DNA of 64,000 nucleotides from Sedimentisphaerales bacterium (GCA_963663805.2 CAXXMR010000020.1:96001-160000), one strand, 5' to 3'; counted from the stretch's first letter, positions 9,620 through 19,292 are shown. Numbers and translations are program-made. Notes: generated by a model not told the origin, from the letters alone.

Positions 9620-9975
9620 TCAAGGTTGATTTTAGTTTTTTTTGATTTTCTTTTTTTTCACTTTACGTACCTTTTCTGCAGCTCGGTTATGATCGGTCGT
9701 CTCATGCTCCTATTCAGGTTGCCGCGGGATTATTTTGATTTCGCGGGCCTATTAAACTTATGCGGCAGTCGGCCTATTCTTAAGTACGGGCTCAAATGGC
9801 CCAAGGTGTCCGTCAGGCTCGACTGTATTCGATCTCGATCACTAAAGAGCTTCAATCATGTCAATTTTGTTTTTCTTATGGTCGTTAGGTTCTGGTTAAT
9901 CTGGTTATTGTAAACGGTTCTTTATATTCGGCGTCAGCCGGGGGGAAGCCGGCGAGGATGCGACCTGAGCCGGAT
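9620..9975 (-). ncRNA. Candidate bridge/seek RNA region, copy 2
   Basis: AAGGTGTCCG conserved at 9803-9812 despite nearby substitutions. Confidence 0.65.
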
Positions 9976-9982
9976 TCATTTT

Positions 9983-11086
9983 TTATTGAACGCACCTCTG
10001 AGGTGTTGGGGTCAGTCGATTTCTCCTTGTGTTAACTGATACCTTTTGTATTTTATACTTCCAGGGTTTATGGTCGCGCAGCATGGCCCAGCAGCGAATA
10101 AGCAAATGTCGGGCAACGGCGATTATGGCTATTTTACGTCGTTTAGCGCTGCCTCGGCTGACGCGTAAGTATATCTCTCGGGCCCAATCGTATCGCAAAG
10201 CGGCCCAACTGGCCTGAACTAATAACGCCCTCAAAAGAGGATTGCCGCGTTTGCTGATACGGCCGGTACGGTCCATTTGGCCGGACTGATAGCGGCGGGG
10301 AGTAAAACCGACATAACTGCTAACCTGGCGGCTGTTTTTAAAACGGTGAGGGTCATCAATAACCGCGACTATTGCCTCAGCGGTTCGGGGACCTACTCCT
10401 ACGGCGGTTTGTAACAACTTTACCTTTTCCGATTTGTCATTGAGTTGGTTGAGTTTTTCGCTGGTCTGGTCGAGACATTTTTTTAGCGCCTCCAGTTGTT
10501 TCAGTTCCAGATCCAGTTGGCCACGCCAGAGTTCTTCGGGGTTATCTATTTCAGCGAAGGGCTGAGCCAATGTTTCTATTTGCTTGAGATGTTTTTTTGT
10601 CCAGCAGCTTTTGCCATCAGGCAGGTCTATGGCCATGATAGTCATCAGGGCCCGGATGCTGTTTTTGACCTGCGTCTGGCGATTGACAAGCTTTTGGCGA
10701 TAATAGATGAGACTGCGTTTTTGACGAACCGGTTTATTGGGGACATGAACTTCAGGAAAGAAGCCGTGATGATACATCATAGCCAGGCGGTGAGCATCAT
10801 CTTTGTCAGACTTGTTGGGATTGTTGGTCCATTTCCAGGCGGGATGATTGACGTTGGCAACCTTGAATTGCAGGCCCAACGCCGTGAGCATGTCCGCCAG
10901 CCAGCCGGCCTGAGAACCGACCTCGAAAAGTACGATGGAATTTTCAGGGTCCAGCTGCGCGAAAATATCGTGGAACTCCTGTGGGGAAGTTCTGACGGTC
11001 GCGTATTTGGTTGTCAAAGAGCCGGTCTCCAGCTTGCAAAATGCACTCTTGCGTTTACCTAGGTCGATTGCTACAATAGTTTCCAT
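9983..11086 (-). CDS. IS110-family DEDD recombinase/transposase
   Basis: Highly similar but not identical to 7117-8220. Confidence 0.97.
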   Translation of the reverse strand: METIVAIDLGKRKSAFCKLETGSLTTKYATVRTSPQEFHDIFAQLDPENSIVLFEVGSQAGWLADMLTALGLQFKVANVNHPAWKWTNNPNKSDKDDAHRLAMMYHHGFFPEVHVPNKPVRQKRSLIYYRQKLVNRQTQVKNSIRALMTIMAIDLPDGKSCWTKKHLKQIETLAQPFAEIDNPEELWRGQLDLELKQLEALKKCLDQTSEKLNQLNDKSEKVKLLQTAVGVGPRTAEAIVAVIDDPHRFKNSRQVSSYVGFTPRRYQSGQMDRTGRISKRGNPLLRALLVQASWAALRYDWAREIYLRVSRGSAKRRKIAIIAVARHLLIRCWAMLRDHKPWKYKIQKVSVNTRRNRLTPTPQRCVQ

Positions 11087-11208
11087 GGTCAGATGCTCCT
11101 TAATCCTTGTGAAGAATAAAGTTGTGGTGCCCCAGCGGCAACCACGCCGGGACGATTATAACATAATTCGTCCCGGAGCATCTGGCTTTCATAGTTTCTT
11201 AATTTCCC

Positions 11209-11267
11209 CCGAGACGTCAGAAATATATTGATGCTGCTGAGGAGTTTTTAAAATGAAACAGTTACCA
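11209..11267 (+). repeat. 59-bp copy of the toxin 1/immunity 1 junction
   Basis: 58/59 identical to 2033-2091. Confidence 0.92.
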
Positions 11268-11340
11268 GGGCGAATTAAAGGTCCCCGGTACATTTTTTGA
11301 TACAATGCTCTTTGACAATTGAATAAGGTTTGAAGTTCTG
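11268..11340 (+). repeat. Inter-cassette spacer copy
   Basis: GGGCGAATTAAAGGTCCCCGGTACATTT...TGCTCTTTGACAATTGAATAAGGTTTGAAGTT. Confidence 0.9.
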
Positions 11341-11361
11341 ACCGATGACCGCGGCAGCGTT

Positions 11362-12582
11362 ATGGGGCTGGTCAAGGAAGACGGTACGCTGGTTGAGCAG
11401 CTATACTACAACTCAACCGGTCTGTGCAAATCCTGGGATCCCTCCGGCGGCGGCAGCTGGAATACTCATCCGGACAATGCCGCTTACAATATCGGCTGCA
11501 GCGTGCATGGCATCCCCTTCGGTTACCTGGGCATGTACCACGATCCCTTCACCGGGAAATACCATACCCACTACCGCGAATACGACCCCGTCCACGCCCG
11601 CTGGCTCAGCGAAGACCCGGCCGGATACGCCGATGGTCTGAATCTTTATAATGCCTATATGGGTGTTAATGGGATTGATCCGTTGGGGCTGGAAATATCC
11701 AAACGGGAGATGATGGAAGCGTACAGCGATATCTTCGGTTATGACGACATCCTATTGCGAGCATTTATAGCTTCCGGCCATAGTTTTGATATGGGGGATG
11801 TTCTGGGCGATTGGGATGTTGACCGCTCTTGGTTCACTAAAGGCCAGCCATTAGACATCGAAATCGAGGAAGACCTTGATGCTGTAACCGCCGCTTTTTA
11901 TCTCCGAAAAGCTTTCTTTCAGGCTTTGGGCGATAGCCGGGAAATGCGTAAGAATGTTCTTTCCATGAAATACGGCTCTAATGACCCCGGGGCCTTCAAA
12001 GGTTCGGATTCTTACTTTAGGGCAGGTGAATGGGCCGCAGAACTGAAACAGTTAGAAGCAATTGCCGCCGCCAATATGTCCGTAGATGCTGCCGCCATGG
12101 CGGAGGCCTACTTTAGCATACCGGCGATTATGAGCGAAGGAGCCGATTTTGTCAGCACTGTCGCCGAAGTCTGCAATGGAAACTACTACGCCCTTGCCGG
12201 CCTACTACCCTTTGTACCCTCAACAGTCAAAATGGTTGACAATGCTACTAATCTTTGTAGGATTGGAAGCAAATATGATATTGGGGAATATAAAGCACTC
12301 CGCGATGTCGCGGAGAAAGGGCTTGATGCACATCATGTTGGACAAAAAGCTGCGATGAAGAAGTTTATTCCTGAATATGACATTAAAACAGGACCGTCAA
12401 TCCTGGTACCCCGTCAGGGGCATACACATAGAGGTCCTCGAGGAATTGTATCGCGAAAAATAAATGGACTCAATTCGGCCAGAGAAATTCTTGCTAGAGA
12501 TATTTCAGAACTCAGAAGGGGTTATCCAGATATTCCTAACTCGCAGCTCAAAAAACTGATTGAACTTAATAACTCAAACTGA
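11362..12582 (+). pseudogene. Orphan Rhs module 4 (HNH-type HHVGQK toxin), interrupted near its 3' end by IS701
   Basis: Linker nearly identical to module 2; LDAHHVGQK...GH; frame resumes at 13933-13974 (KQKYPIMRIRKNP*). Confidence 0.85.
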
Positions 12583-13929
12583 CCGATATTATGCCACAAG
12601 GAGTTTTTCCAGGCGGCGGACAACTTTTTTATCATGCGAAACTTTAATAACATTTTGCACTTCCTGATCCCAGACAATCTCCTGCATTCGGGTTTTGAGT
12701 TGGCTGATCGGCGGCAGAGACAGCATATTCTTGGTATCGTTTTTATGGCCTTGTGCACGTTGGTCATTCAGGCCAACATGGGTCAGGCAGGCATAGGCAC
12801 TATCAACCAGGGACAGGTGTCTAACTATCGCCCGGTACCGCCAAACACGGTAATCGCCCAGCCCCAGATGCTGTTTCTGTTCTTTGATCATCACCTCAAT
12901 CGCCCAGCGTTTGAGATAGCGGCTGACAATTTTCTTCATCGACAAGCGCAGGTCATTCGTAACCAGGGCAATTACATTACGATCGTTCCGGCGTTTGGAG
13001 AACACAACTTTAACCTCACCAAGTTTATTCATCACTCCGACACGCTGAGCGAGTTTATAGGAGGAGGTTTTACGCAGCCCCTTAATGCTCTGCCAACTGC
13101 CGGTTCGGTTCAAAATATTCTTACCGTATTTGCCAATCTTATGTTTGGTCGAATTAACGGTAAGCCAGCGATTCGACTTGCTAACCCCAATATAACGCCA
13201 TTTCCTTGCTTTACAGGCATTGACAACCGCAGGACAAAGATAGAACGCATCGAACAAAACAGTGACATCAAATTTCTCGGGAATTTCTGCTGTCCGAACA
13301 ATTTGCCCGGCCAGTTCCGTAAGTTTTTGGAAGGGAACCTTAAGTTCTTTGACATGTTCTTTTTTGACGTACAGCCAGGAACCCAAAGGTATAGTTACGC
13401 CTCGGTAAAACAGACAAGCTTTGACAATGGTATGGCCCATGCAGTATTTCCCGGAGGCATGATGATGTATCTTGCCGACCGCCTGCATCTTCTTGGCCCG
13501 CTTGATCGTTTGAGTGTCGTCGATAATCAGCAGACAGTCTTTGCATCCTTTTTTGTAGAGCCGTTTGAGCATTCCGACAGCCTGACCTTTAACCACAGCC
13601 ATCTCGTCAAAGTCACTGCGCCAAAGAAATTCACCGTGATTGGTGCGGTGAGTAGCATTGCGCAAGAGCTTTACCAGCCTGTCGATGGTACTACCGTGGC
13701 TGATACAAATAGCAATCACCATATTGCAATAATAAGAATAAACGTGAGCCGAAACCAGGCTTTTGGTCGGCCGAAAAAAAGTTTTGACTTTTTGAGGAAT
13801 TTTGCCGATAGTAAGCATAAGGTCTCCTTGCCAGTAAATGTTGGTTTGCACTACATTTATCGGCTCGAAAGGCCTTTTTTGTTCAACTATCAATACCATC
13901 AAAATCCCTTCAATCGGTCAGTTTGAGTT
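12571..13929 (-). mobile_element. IS701-like element, copy 1 (1359 bp)
   Basis: IRs AACTCAAACTGACCGAT / ATCGGTCAGTTTGAGTT; target duplication AAT (or TAAT). Confidence 0.92.
12589..13818 (-). CDS. IS701-like DDE transposase
   Basis: LIIDDT, VLFDAFY, RWAIE...KE.KQ.LGL; ATG at 13818 follows AAGGAG. Confidence 0.9.
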   Translation of the reverse strand: MLTIGKIPQKVKTFFRPTKSLVSAHVYSYYCNMVIAICISHGSTIDRLVKLLRNATHRTNHGEFLWRSDFDEMAVVKGQAVGMLKRLYKKGCKDCLLIIDDTQTIKRAKKMQAVGKIHHHASGKYCMGHTIVKACLFYRGVTIPLGSWLYVKKEHVKELKVPFQKLTELAGQIVRTAEIPEKFDVTVLFDAFYLCPAVVNACKARKWRYIGVSKSNRWLTVNSTKHKIGKYGKNILNRTGSWQSIKGLRKTSSYKLAQRVGVMNKLGEVKVVFSKRRNDRNVIALVTNDLRLSMKKIVSRYLKRWAIEVMIKEQKQHLGLGDYRVWRYRAIVRHLSLVDSAYACLTHVGLNDQRAQGHKNDTKNMLSLPPISQLKTRMQEIVWDQEVQNVIKVSHDKKVVRRLEKLLVA

Positions 13930-13976
13930 AATAAGCAAAAATACCCTATTATGAGAATCAGAAAGAATCCTTAATA

Positions 13977-14327
13977 ATGAATGATTATGAATTCGTCAAA
14001 GAAATCCGAAATGACATTATCGCGCATTATCTAAAAGATTGCTGTGATATGTTTAAAAACACAGACATTAAAGATGCAACTGATCCATATTGGCAAACCG
14101 CCCTAAAATTCTTTGCAGAGTTAGATGATTCTCAAAAACAAATATTATTTCGGATTATAAGACAAGTTACGGTTGATACTACAGCCACTTTGTTTGCTGT
14201 ACTTGATGGAGTAACAGCTCCATTGGGTGGCTATAAAGGAGATTTCGAATTACTTGTCGATGGAACAAACATCGCCGGTGACCTTGCCGATATTTTCCTT
14301 GCGGCTGAAGAAGAGGAGGGGGCGTAG
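13977..14327 (+). CDS. Putative immunity protein for module 4
   Basis: Small acidic ORF starting 2 nt after the reconstructed toxin stop. Confidence 0.75.
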   Translation: MNDYEFVKEIRNDIIAHYLKDCCDMFKNTDIKDATDPYWQTALKFFAELDDSQKQILFRIIRQVTVDTTATLFAVLDGVTAPLGGYKGDFELLVDGTNIAGDLADIFLAAEEEEGA

Positions 14328-14334
14328 TGCGACT

Positions 14335-14700
14335 AAAGGTCCCCGGTACATTTTTTGATACAATGCTCTTTGACAAGGTTCTTCTGAATAATTTGTGGGT
14401 ATTTTATCCTTGGGGCTCTGCCCCAAACCCCGCCATTTAGCCTCCAGCCTTTGGGCGAGAGAGGGCGGATTGGCGGATTGTGGGCGAATTAAAGGTCCCC
14501 GGTACATTTTTTGATACAATGCTCTTTAACAATTGAATAAGGTAAATCGGTCGCAGATAATCAGATAGATGTATCTGGATCAGAAATCAGAGTTCAGATG
14601 TCAGAGATCAGCAGAAAAAAACTTGAACCACAAAACACACTAAACACCCGAAAGTAATACATTTCTTTTTTTCGCGTAATCAGTGTAATCCGCGGTTAAA
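14335..14700 (+). repeat. Two further spacer copies (14335-14376, 14482-14545) and the repeated intergenic block
   Basis: AAAGGTCCCCGGTACATTTTTTGATACAATGCTCTTT(G/A)ACAA twice. Confidence 0.88.
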
Positions 14701-14887
14701 TCAGTTTTCAGAATTCAGAGTTCAGCCCTCAGCAGTACAAAGAAGTTGACGGATAAGGCATATTTAGAGTCTTATAACTGACATCTGACCGCTGATGTCT
14801 GATTTCTGACTGCAAGTCTCATAAAATCAGCCCTGCGGATACTGAAATCGACATGCTGACCGATAACTCCAATCTGCTTTGCTCCAA

Positions 14888-15155
14888 TGTCAATTGACTT
14901 TGCTCCCAAGTAAATTGACTTTGCTCTTAAGTAGATTGACTTAGCTCCAAAGTAAATTGACTTTGCCCCCAAGTAGATTGACTTTACTCCTAAGTAAATT
15001 GACTTTGCTCCCAAGTAAATTGACTTTGCTCCTAAGTAGATTGACTTTACTCCCAAGTAAATTGACTTTGCCCCTAAGTAGATTGACTTTGCCCCCAAGT
15101 AGATTGACTTAGTTACTGAATAGATTGACTTGGCTTCTAAGTGAATTGACTTTGT
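14888..15155. repeat. 21-bp tandem repeat, 13 copies (AAGTARATTGACTTTGCTCCC)
   Basis: TTGACTT recurs every 21 nt from 14894 to 15146; minus strand encodes (KSIYLGA)n. Confidence 0.95.
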
Positions 15156-15430
15156 TCCATTGCAAGTCTGCATCATTTCAATGTAAATCCGCAAAACCCC
15201 GGTTCAGATTAACAATATCCCTTTGCCGATAAACTTTGCCATTCGGGCAGGTTCTGGGTTATTTTTCGCAACCATCCGGGGGTTCGCGTCGTCCGGCTAT
15301 GCGTTATTACGAATCCCCTTTGAGGTCTTTAACATCAACGGTGGGTGTTCCGGCAGGGCTGGTTTTGTTTTTTAATCTGGTTTTGGGTACAAGGTTGGGT
15401 GAAGGTGGAGGGGGCGGTTGCTTACGCGAC

Positions 15431-16249
15431 TCAGCTTTTGTTGGTTGGGGTGTGGCTGAGGTCGCGAAAGACTTTGGGGGATAGTATTCCATAGGGGTTG
15501 AAGCTGCTTTTTATGGTAATTCTTATGGCCAGGAAAATTGTGATGGCGGTGCCGGAGAAGATGGCGATCATAATCATAATTTGATATTTAATAGCGGTAA
15601 ACGGGTCGGTTCCGGCGAGTATTACTCCGGTCATCATGCCGGGCAGGGCGACCAGGCCTATGGTTGCCATCGACGCGATTGTCGGGGCCAGGGCGGTGCG
15701 CAGAGCTTCACGAAAAAACGGGCTTAAGGCTTCGGTCAGGCCGGCACCATAGGCGAGCGATTGCTGATATGATTTCTGGTTCCGGTCGATTGCCTGATAG
15801 AAGTTGTTAAGGCCGATTATGTCCGCACGCAGGCAATTGCCCAGAATCATGCCGACCAGCGGGATAACGTATTGTGCGTCCAGCAGACTGGGGATACGCA
15901 GGACCGGACCTACAAAAACTATTGTGGGGATGAGGGTGCCCGCTGCTAAAGCAATGCATAAGGGCAGCAGAAATCTTTTTACGTTGAGCTTGCATCCTTT
16001 AAGGATAGAAATGTCGGCGGCGGTAATCATTACGGCCATCCAGACGAGGTTCAGTAAGGCGTTGTTGAGTTTGAAAACTACCTGGAGATACAGACCTACA
16101 AAGAGCAGTTGCAGGGTCATTCTTATAATAGCCATGGTGGTTTCCCTCAACATGGGGACGCGCAGATAAAGCATTATCGCCAAAGGGAAAATAAGAAGCA
16201 GATAACCACCGGCGAGGCTCCCTAAGCTGATGTCAAGGATCGGGTCCAT
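15431..16249 (-). CDS. ABC transporter permease, UPF0014/FetB (YbbM)-like
   Basis: RM..QLL.VG..L, IP..GMILGN, P.IASM...GLV.LPGMMTG.IL.G..P..AIKYQI.IM. Confidence 0.9.
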   Translation of the reverse strand: MDPILDISLGSLAGGYLLLIFPLAIMLYLRVPMLRETTMAIIRMTLQLLFVGLYLQVVFKLNNALLNLVWMAVMITAADISILKGCKLNVKRFLLPLCIALAAGTLIPTIVFVGPVLRIPSLLDAQYVIPLVGMILGNCLRADIIGLNNFYQAIDRNQKSYQQSLAYGAGLTEALSPFFREALRTALAPTIASMATIGLVALPGMMTGVILAGTDPFTAIKYQIMIMIAIFSGTAITIFLAIRITIKSSFNPYGILSPKVFRDLSHTPTNKS

Positions 16250-16919
16250 TTTTTTCTCCGAAGATATTATTATGTTCGCGTATGTCGATTTTACGGGATG
16301 CGAAGTCAAGCCATTCGGTGTCGTGGGAAACAGAAAGGACGGTAATATTATCAGTCTGCCGGAAATAATCAGCGACGATTTGTTTGTTTTCTTTATCAAG
16401 TGCCGCAGAAGCCTCATCAAGCAGGACGATGGAGCGGTCCAGCAGGATGGCAGTAACTAAAGCGATTCGTTGTTTTTCACCTCCTGAAAGTATAGAGATT
16501 TTTTTGGCCAGTAAACTTTGGGGGAGGTTGAATTTGTTCATTATCTCTGGTAATAGGTTAAGATTGTCGCGCAGGTGGAGATTGGCTTTGTAGCCGAAAG
16601 GTTTTTCGATGATGTCACTTACGGTTCCGGTCCCGAGGTCCGGTTCCTGAGCAACGTAGGCAAGTTGTTGTCTGATTTTCCAGATATTGTGGCTGTTTAA
16701 TGGTTGGCCATGTATTTTGATTGAGCCGGCATCGGGTGTTACCAGGCCCAGCAGACATTTAAGCACGGTTGATTTGCCTGAACCGGAGGGGCCGGTGAGG
16801 GTGACTTTTTCGCCGGGAACCAGGGCCAGGGAAAAGTTTTTAAGTACCCATTGGCTGTCGAAGGTTACCTCTAAACCGTTAACTTCGATAGCAGGGGTTG
16901 TTTTAGGGTAACTGTTCAC
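16233..16919 (-). CDS. ABC transporter ATP-binding protein, FetA (YbbL)-like
   Basis: GPSGSGKST, LSGGEKQR, LLDEASAALD. Confidence 0.93.
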   Translation of the reverse strand: MNSYPKTTPAIEVNGLEVTFDSQWVLKNFSLALVPGEKVTLTGPSGSGKSTVLKCLLGLVTPDAGSIKIHGQPLNSHNIWKIRQQLAYVAQEPDLGTGTVSDIIEKPFGYKANLHLRDNLNLLPEIMNKFNLPQSLLAKKISILSGGEKQRIALVTAILLDRSIVLLDEASAALDKENKQIVADYFRQTDNITVLSVSHDTEWLDFASRKIDIREHNNIFGEKNGPDP

Positions 16920-17099
16920 GGGTAATTTCTTTGGCCCTTTCGGGGCTTGTGGTTTTTTTATTCTCCGTCCGCTTACGCCGCTCGGCTTCTGTGGGCCTGA
17001 CGTTATCTTCCATTATCCTGGGTGGGGCGGTAATGTCAAGCGGTTGGCGGTGGGGAAAATAGAATGGCATTTTGCGTTTGAAAAGGGTATTTTGATAGT

Positions 17100-18644
17100 A
17101 TGATATATTTGACAGTACCTATTTTAGTAGAGAGTTCGGAACAGGCGGTCGCTGATATTTCTCGGGCGGCGGAGTTGGGGGCGGAGATGGTGGAGCTGCG
17201 GATTGATTATCTGTGTCGTTATGACGGGGATGTGGTTCGGGCGGTGGTAGGGGCGGCCAAGAAGCTGGGGCTGGCGGTTTTGGCAACCTGTCGGGCCAAC
17301 TGGGAAGGCGGGAAGTTCGGCCAGGGCGAGAAGTCGCGGGCGATGATGTTTAAGGCGGCGGTCCGGGCGGGGGCTGATTATATTGATATTGAGCTGGCTT
17401 GCCGGGCCGAAGGTGAGATTAAGGCTGCCGAGCTGGCCGCTGAGGGTGATGTCAGGGTTATTTTGAGCAGTCATGATTTTGAGAAGCGGCCGGCGGATTT
17501 AGCCCAGCGGGTGGCGGTGATGGTTGAACGCGGGGCGGATGTTGCCAAGGTCGCTTACAAAGCTGAACGGATTTGTGATTGTTTTGACGCGATAGATATT
17601 TATCGTTCGGAGTCTCAGGCGGGTCGTCAGGCTATTGCTCTGGCGATGGGTGAGGCGGGGGTTATGACGCGGCAGCTGGCGAAAAAGCTGGGCGGGAAGC
17701 TGACGTTTGCGGCGCTGGGTGAGGGGCTTGGTTCGGCGGCGGGTCAGGTTACGATAGAGCAGATGCGGAGTTTGTATCGCTGGGACGCTATGGGGGCGGA
17801 TACGCAGGTTTTCGGGGTGATTGGCGACCCGGTGGGTCATTCGCTGAGTCCGGCTTTGCATAACGCGGCTTTTGATGCTACGGGTTATAACGGGATTTAT
17901 CTGCCGCTTTTGGTTGAGGGGACGTGGGAAGAATTTCGGAATTTTATGGATGGGACGCGGCAGCGGCCCTGGCTTGGTCTGCGCGGGTTGAGTGTTACGA
18001 TACCGCATAAGGAAAACGCGTTGCGGTATGTGCGGGAAAACGGGGGGCAGCTTGAGCCTTTGGCGGAGAAGATCGGGTCGGTCAATACCCTGCTGATTGA
18101 TGAGGCTGGCAAGGTCAGCGGGTTTAATACTGATTATGCCGGGGCGCTGGGGGCGGTGCTTGATGGTGCGGGGTTAGTGAAGTCTGATTTGAAGGGAATG
18201 TCGGCGGCGATAATAGGGGCAGGCGGGGTGGCGCGGGCGTTAGCGGCAGGGCTTTGTGACGCGGGTGCTGAGGTTACGATTTATAACCGTACGGTTGAGC
18301 GGGCGGAGAAGCTGGCTGAGGATTTTGGCTGTAAATGGGCCGGAGTCGAAGGGCTGGCAAATCTGGAGGCGAAGCTGATAGTAAACTGTACCAGTCTGGG
18401 GATGCATCCGGCGGTTGAGGGCTGTGCGGTGCCGGAAGGGGTACTCACGAAAGATATGATAGTATTTGATACGGTTTATAATCCGGTGGAGACACGTTTG
18501 CTGAAGCTGGCGAGGTCCGTTGGTGCGACTGTGGTGGATGGGGTGAGTATGTTTGTTAGGCAGGGTGCGGCACAGTTTGAGATGTTTACGGGGCGGCCAG
18601 CGCCGCTTGAGGTTATGCGGGAGATTTTTGATTCAAGGCAATAG
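17100..18644 (+). CDS. aroDE: Bifunctional type I 3-dehydroquinate dehydratase / shikimate dehydrogenase
   Basis: ELRID, SSHDF, AMGE.G; HSLSP, SVTIPHK, NTD, GAGG.A, D.VYNP.ET. Confidence 0.93.
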   Translation: MIYLTVPILVESSEQAVADISRAAELGAEMVELRIDYLCRYDGDVVRAVVGAAKKLGLAVLATCRANWEGGKFGQGEKSRAMMFKAAVRAGADYIDIELACRAEGEIKAAELAAEGDVRVILSSHDFEKRPADLAQRVAVMVERGADVAKVAYKAERICDCFDAIDIYRSESQAGRQAIALAMGEAGVMTRQLAKKLGGKLTFAALGEGLGSAAGQVTIEQMRSLYRWDAMGADTQVFGVIGDPVGHSLSPALHNAAFDATGYNGIYLPLLVEGTWEEFRNFMDGTRQRPWLGLRGLSVTIPHKENALRYVRENGGQLEPLAEKIGSVNTLLIDEAGKVSGFNTDYAGALGAVLDGAGLVKSDLKGMSAAIIGAGGVARALAAGLCDAGAEVTIYNRTVERAEKLAEDFGCKWAGVEGLANLEAKLIVNCTSLGMHPAVEGCAVPEGVLTKDMIVFDTVYNPVETRLLKLARSVGATVVDGVSMFVRQGAAQFEMFTGRPAPLEVMREIFDSRQ

Positions 18645-18690
18645 CGGTCTGTTGTCTTTAGTTTTGGTTACTGATGTTGAGGGCTTGGTT

Positions 18691-19281
18691 ATGCTCAAGG
18701 AATTTATGGCGGCCTTTGTGCCTTTGTTTGTAGCGGTTGACGCTGTTGGCATTCTTCCTTTGTTCATGGCTTTGACAGAGAGGATGAATCGAGATGATCG
18801 GCAGCGTACAGTCAGGCAGTCGGTTATTACGGCTTTACTGGTGGCGGTGGGTTTTATTTTTCTGGGCAAGAGTGTATTTCGACTGATGGGGATAACGGTA
18901 TATGATTTTATGGCAGCGGGAGGTGTGCTGCTGTTTATTATAGCGACGCTGGATTTGGTGAGCGGGCGGAAATATGCCCGGAATGTAGAAGCTATCGGTG
19001 TGGTGCCGTTGGGGGTGCCGCTGATAGTCGGTCCGGCAGTGCTGACGACCAGCCTGATGATGGAAAGTGTTTGTGGGTTGAGTATGACGCTGGCGGCGTT
19101 GGTCGTTAATATAATACTGGCGGCGGTAGTTCTGCTGAGCTCGAATTTCTGGACGAGGATACTGGGCAAGGCCGGTTCGCGGGCGGTGTCGAAGGTTGCC
19201 AGTTTGATTCTGGCGGCAATTGCGGTGATGATGATACGAAAGGGGTTGACGGGGATTATCGCTGGTTCAGGGCAGATGTGA
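18691..19281 (+). CDS. MarC family membrane protein
   Basis: LFVAVD.VG..P.F, AGG.LLF, VPLG.PLI.GP. Confidence 0.9.
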   Translation: MLKEFMAAFVPLFVAVDAVGILPLFMALTERMNRDDRQRTVRQSVITALLVAVGFIFLGKSVFRLMGITVYDFMAAGGVLLFIIATLDLVSGRKYARNVEAIGVVPLGVPLIVGPAVLTTSLMMESVCGLSMTLAALVVNIILAAVVLLSSNFWTRILGKAGSRAVSKVASLILAAIAVMMIRKGLTGIIAGSGQM

Positions 19282-19292
19282 TAGTGTCAGCA

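Larger units (their letters stand above)
9602..11198 (-). mobile_element. IS110-family element, IS1111 type, copy 2 (1597 bp)
   Basis: Same ends, length and flanks (CGGACACCTT | TTAATTTCCCC) as copy 1. Confidence 0.9.

Noticed and set aside
2985..12243. Diversity-generating retroelement template/variable repeat pair
   Set aside because: Differences between repeats are not adenine-specific and there is no reverse transcriptase in the window
12634..13926. 430-aa antisense ORF opposite the IS701 transposase (also 28656-29948)
   Set aside because: Shadow of the transposase; the two copies are near-identical so not independent evidence, and there are no recognisable motifs
2575..14545. Integron attC cassette array
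   Set aside because: Spacers lack the RYYYAAC...GTTRRRY palindromic structure and no tyrosine integrase is present
14888..15155. CRISPR array
   Set aside because: Units are contiguous with no unique spacers, and there are no cas genes
17100..19280. Strong G/T strand skew (also ~45-55 kb)
   Set aside because: Seen across ordinary genes; consistent with replication strand bias rather than a distinct element
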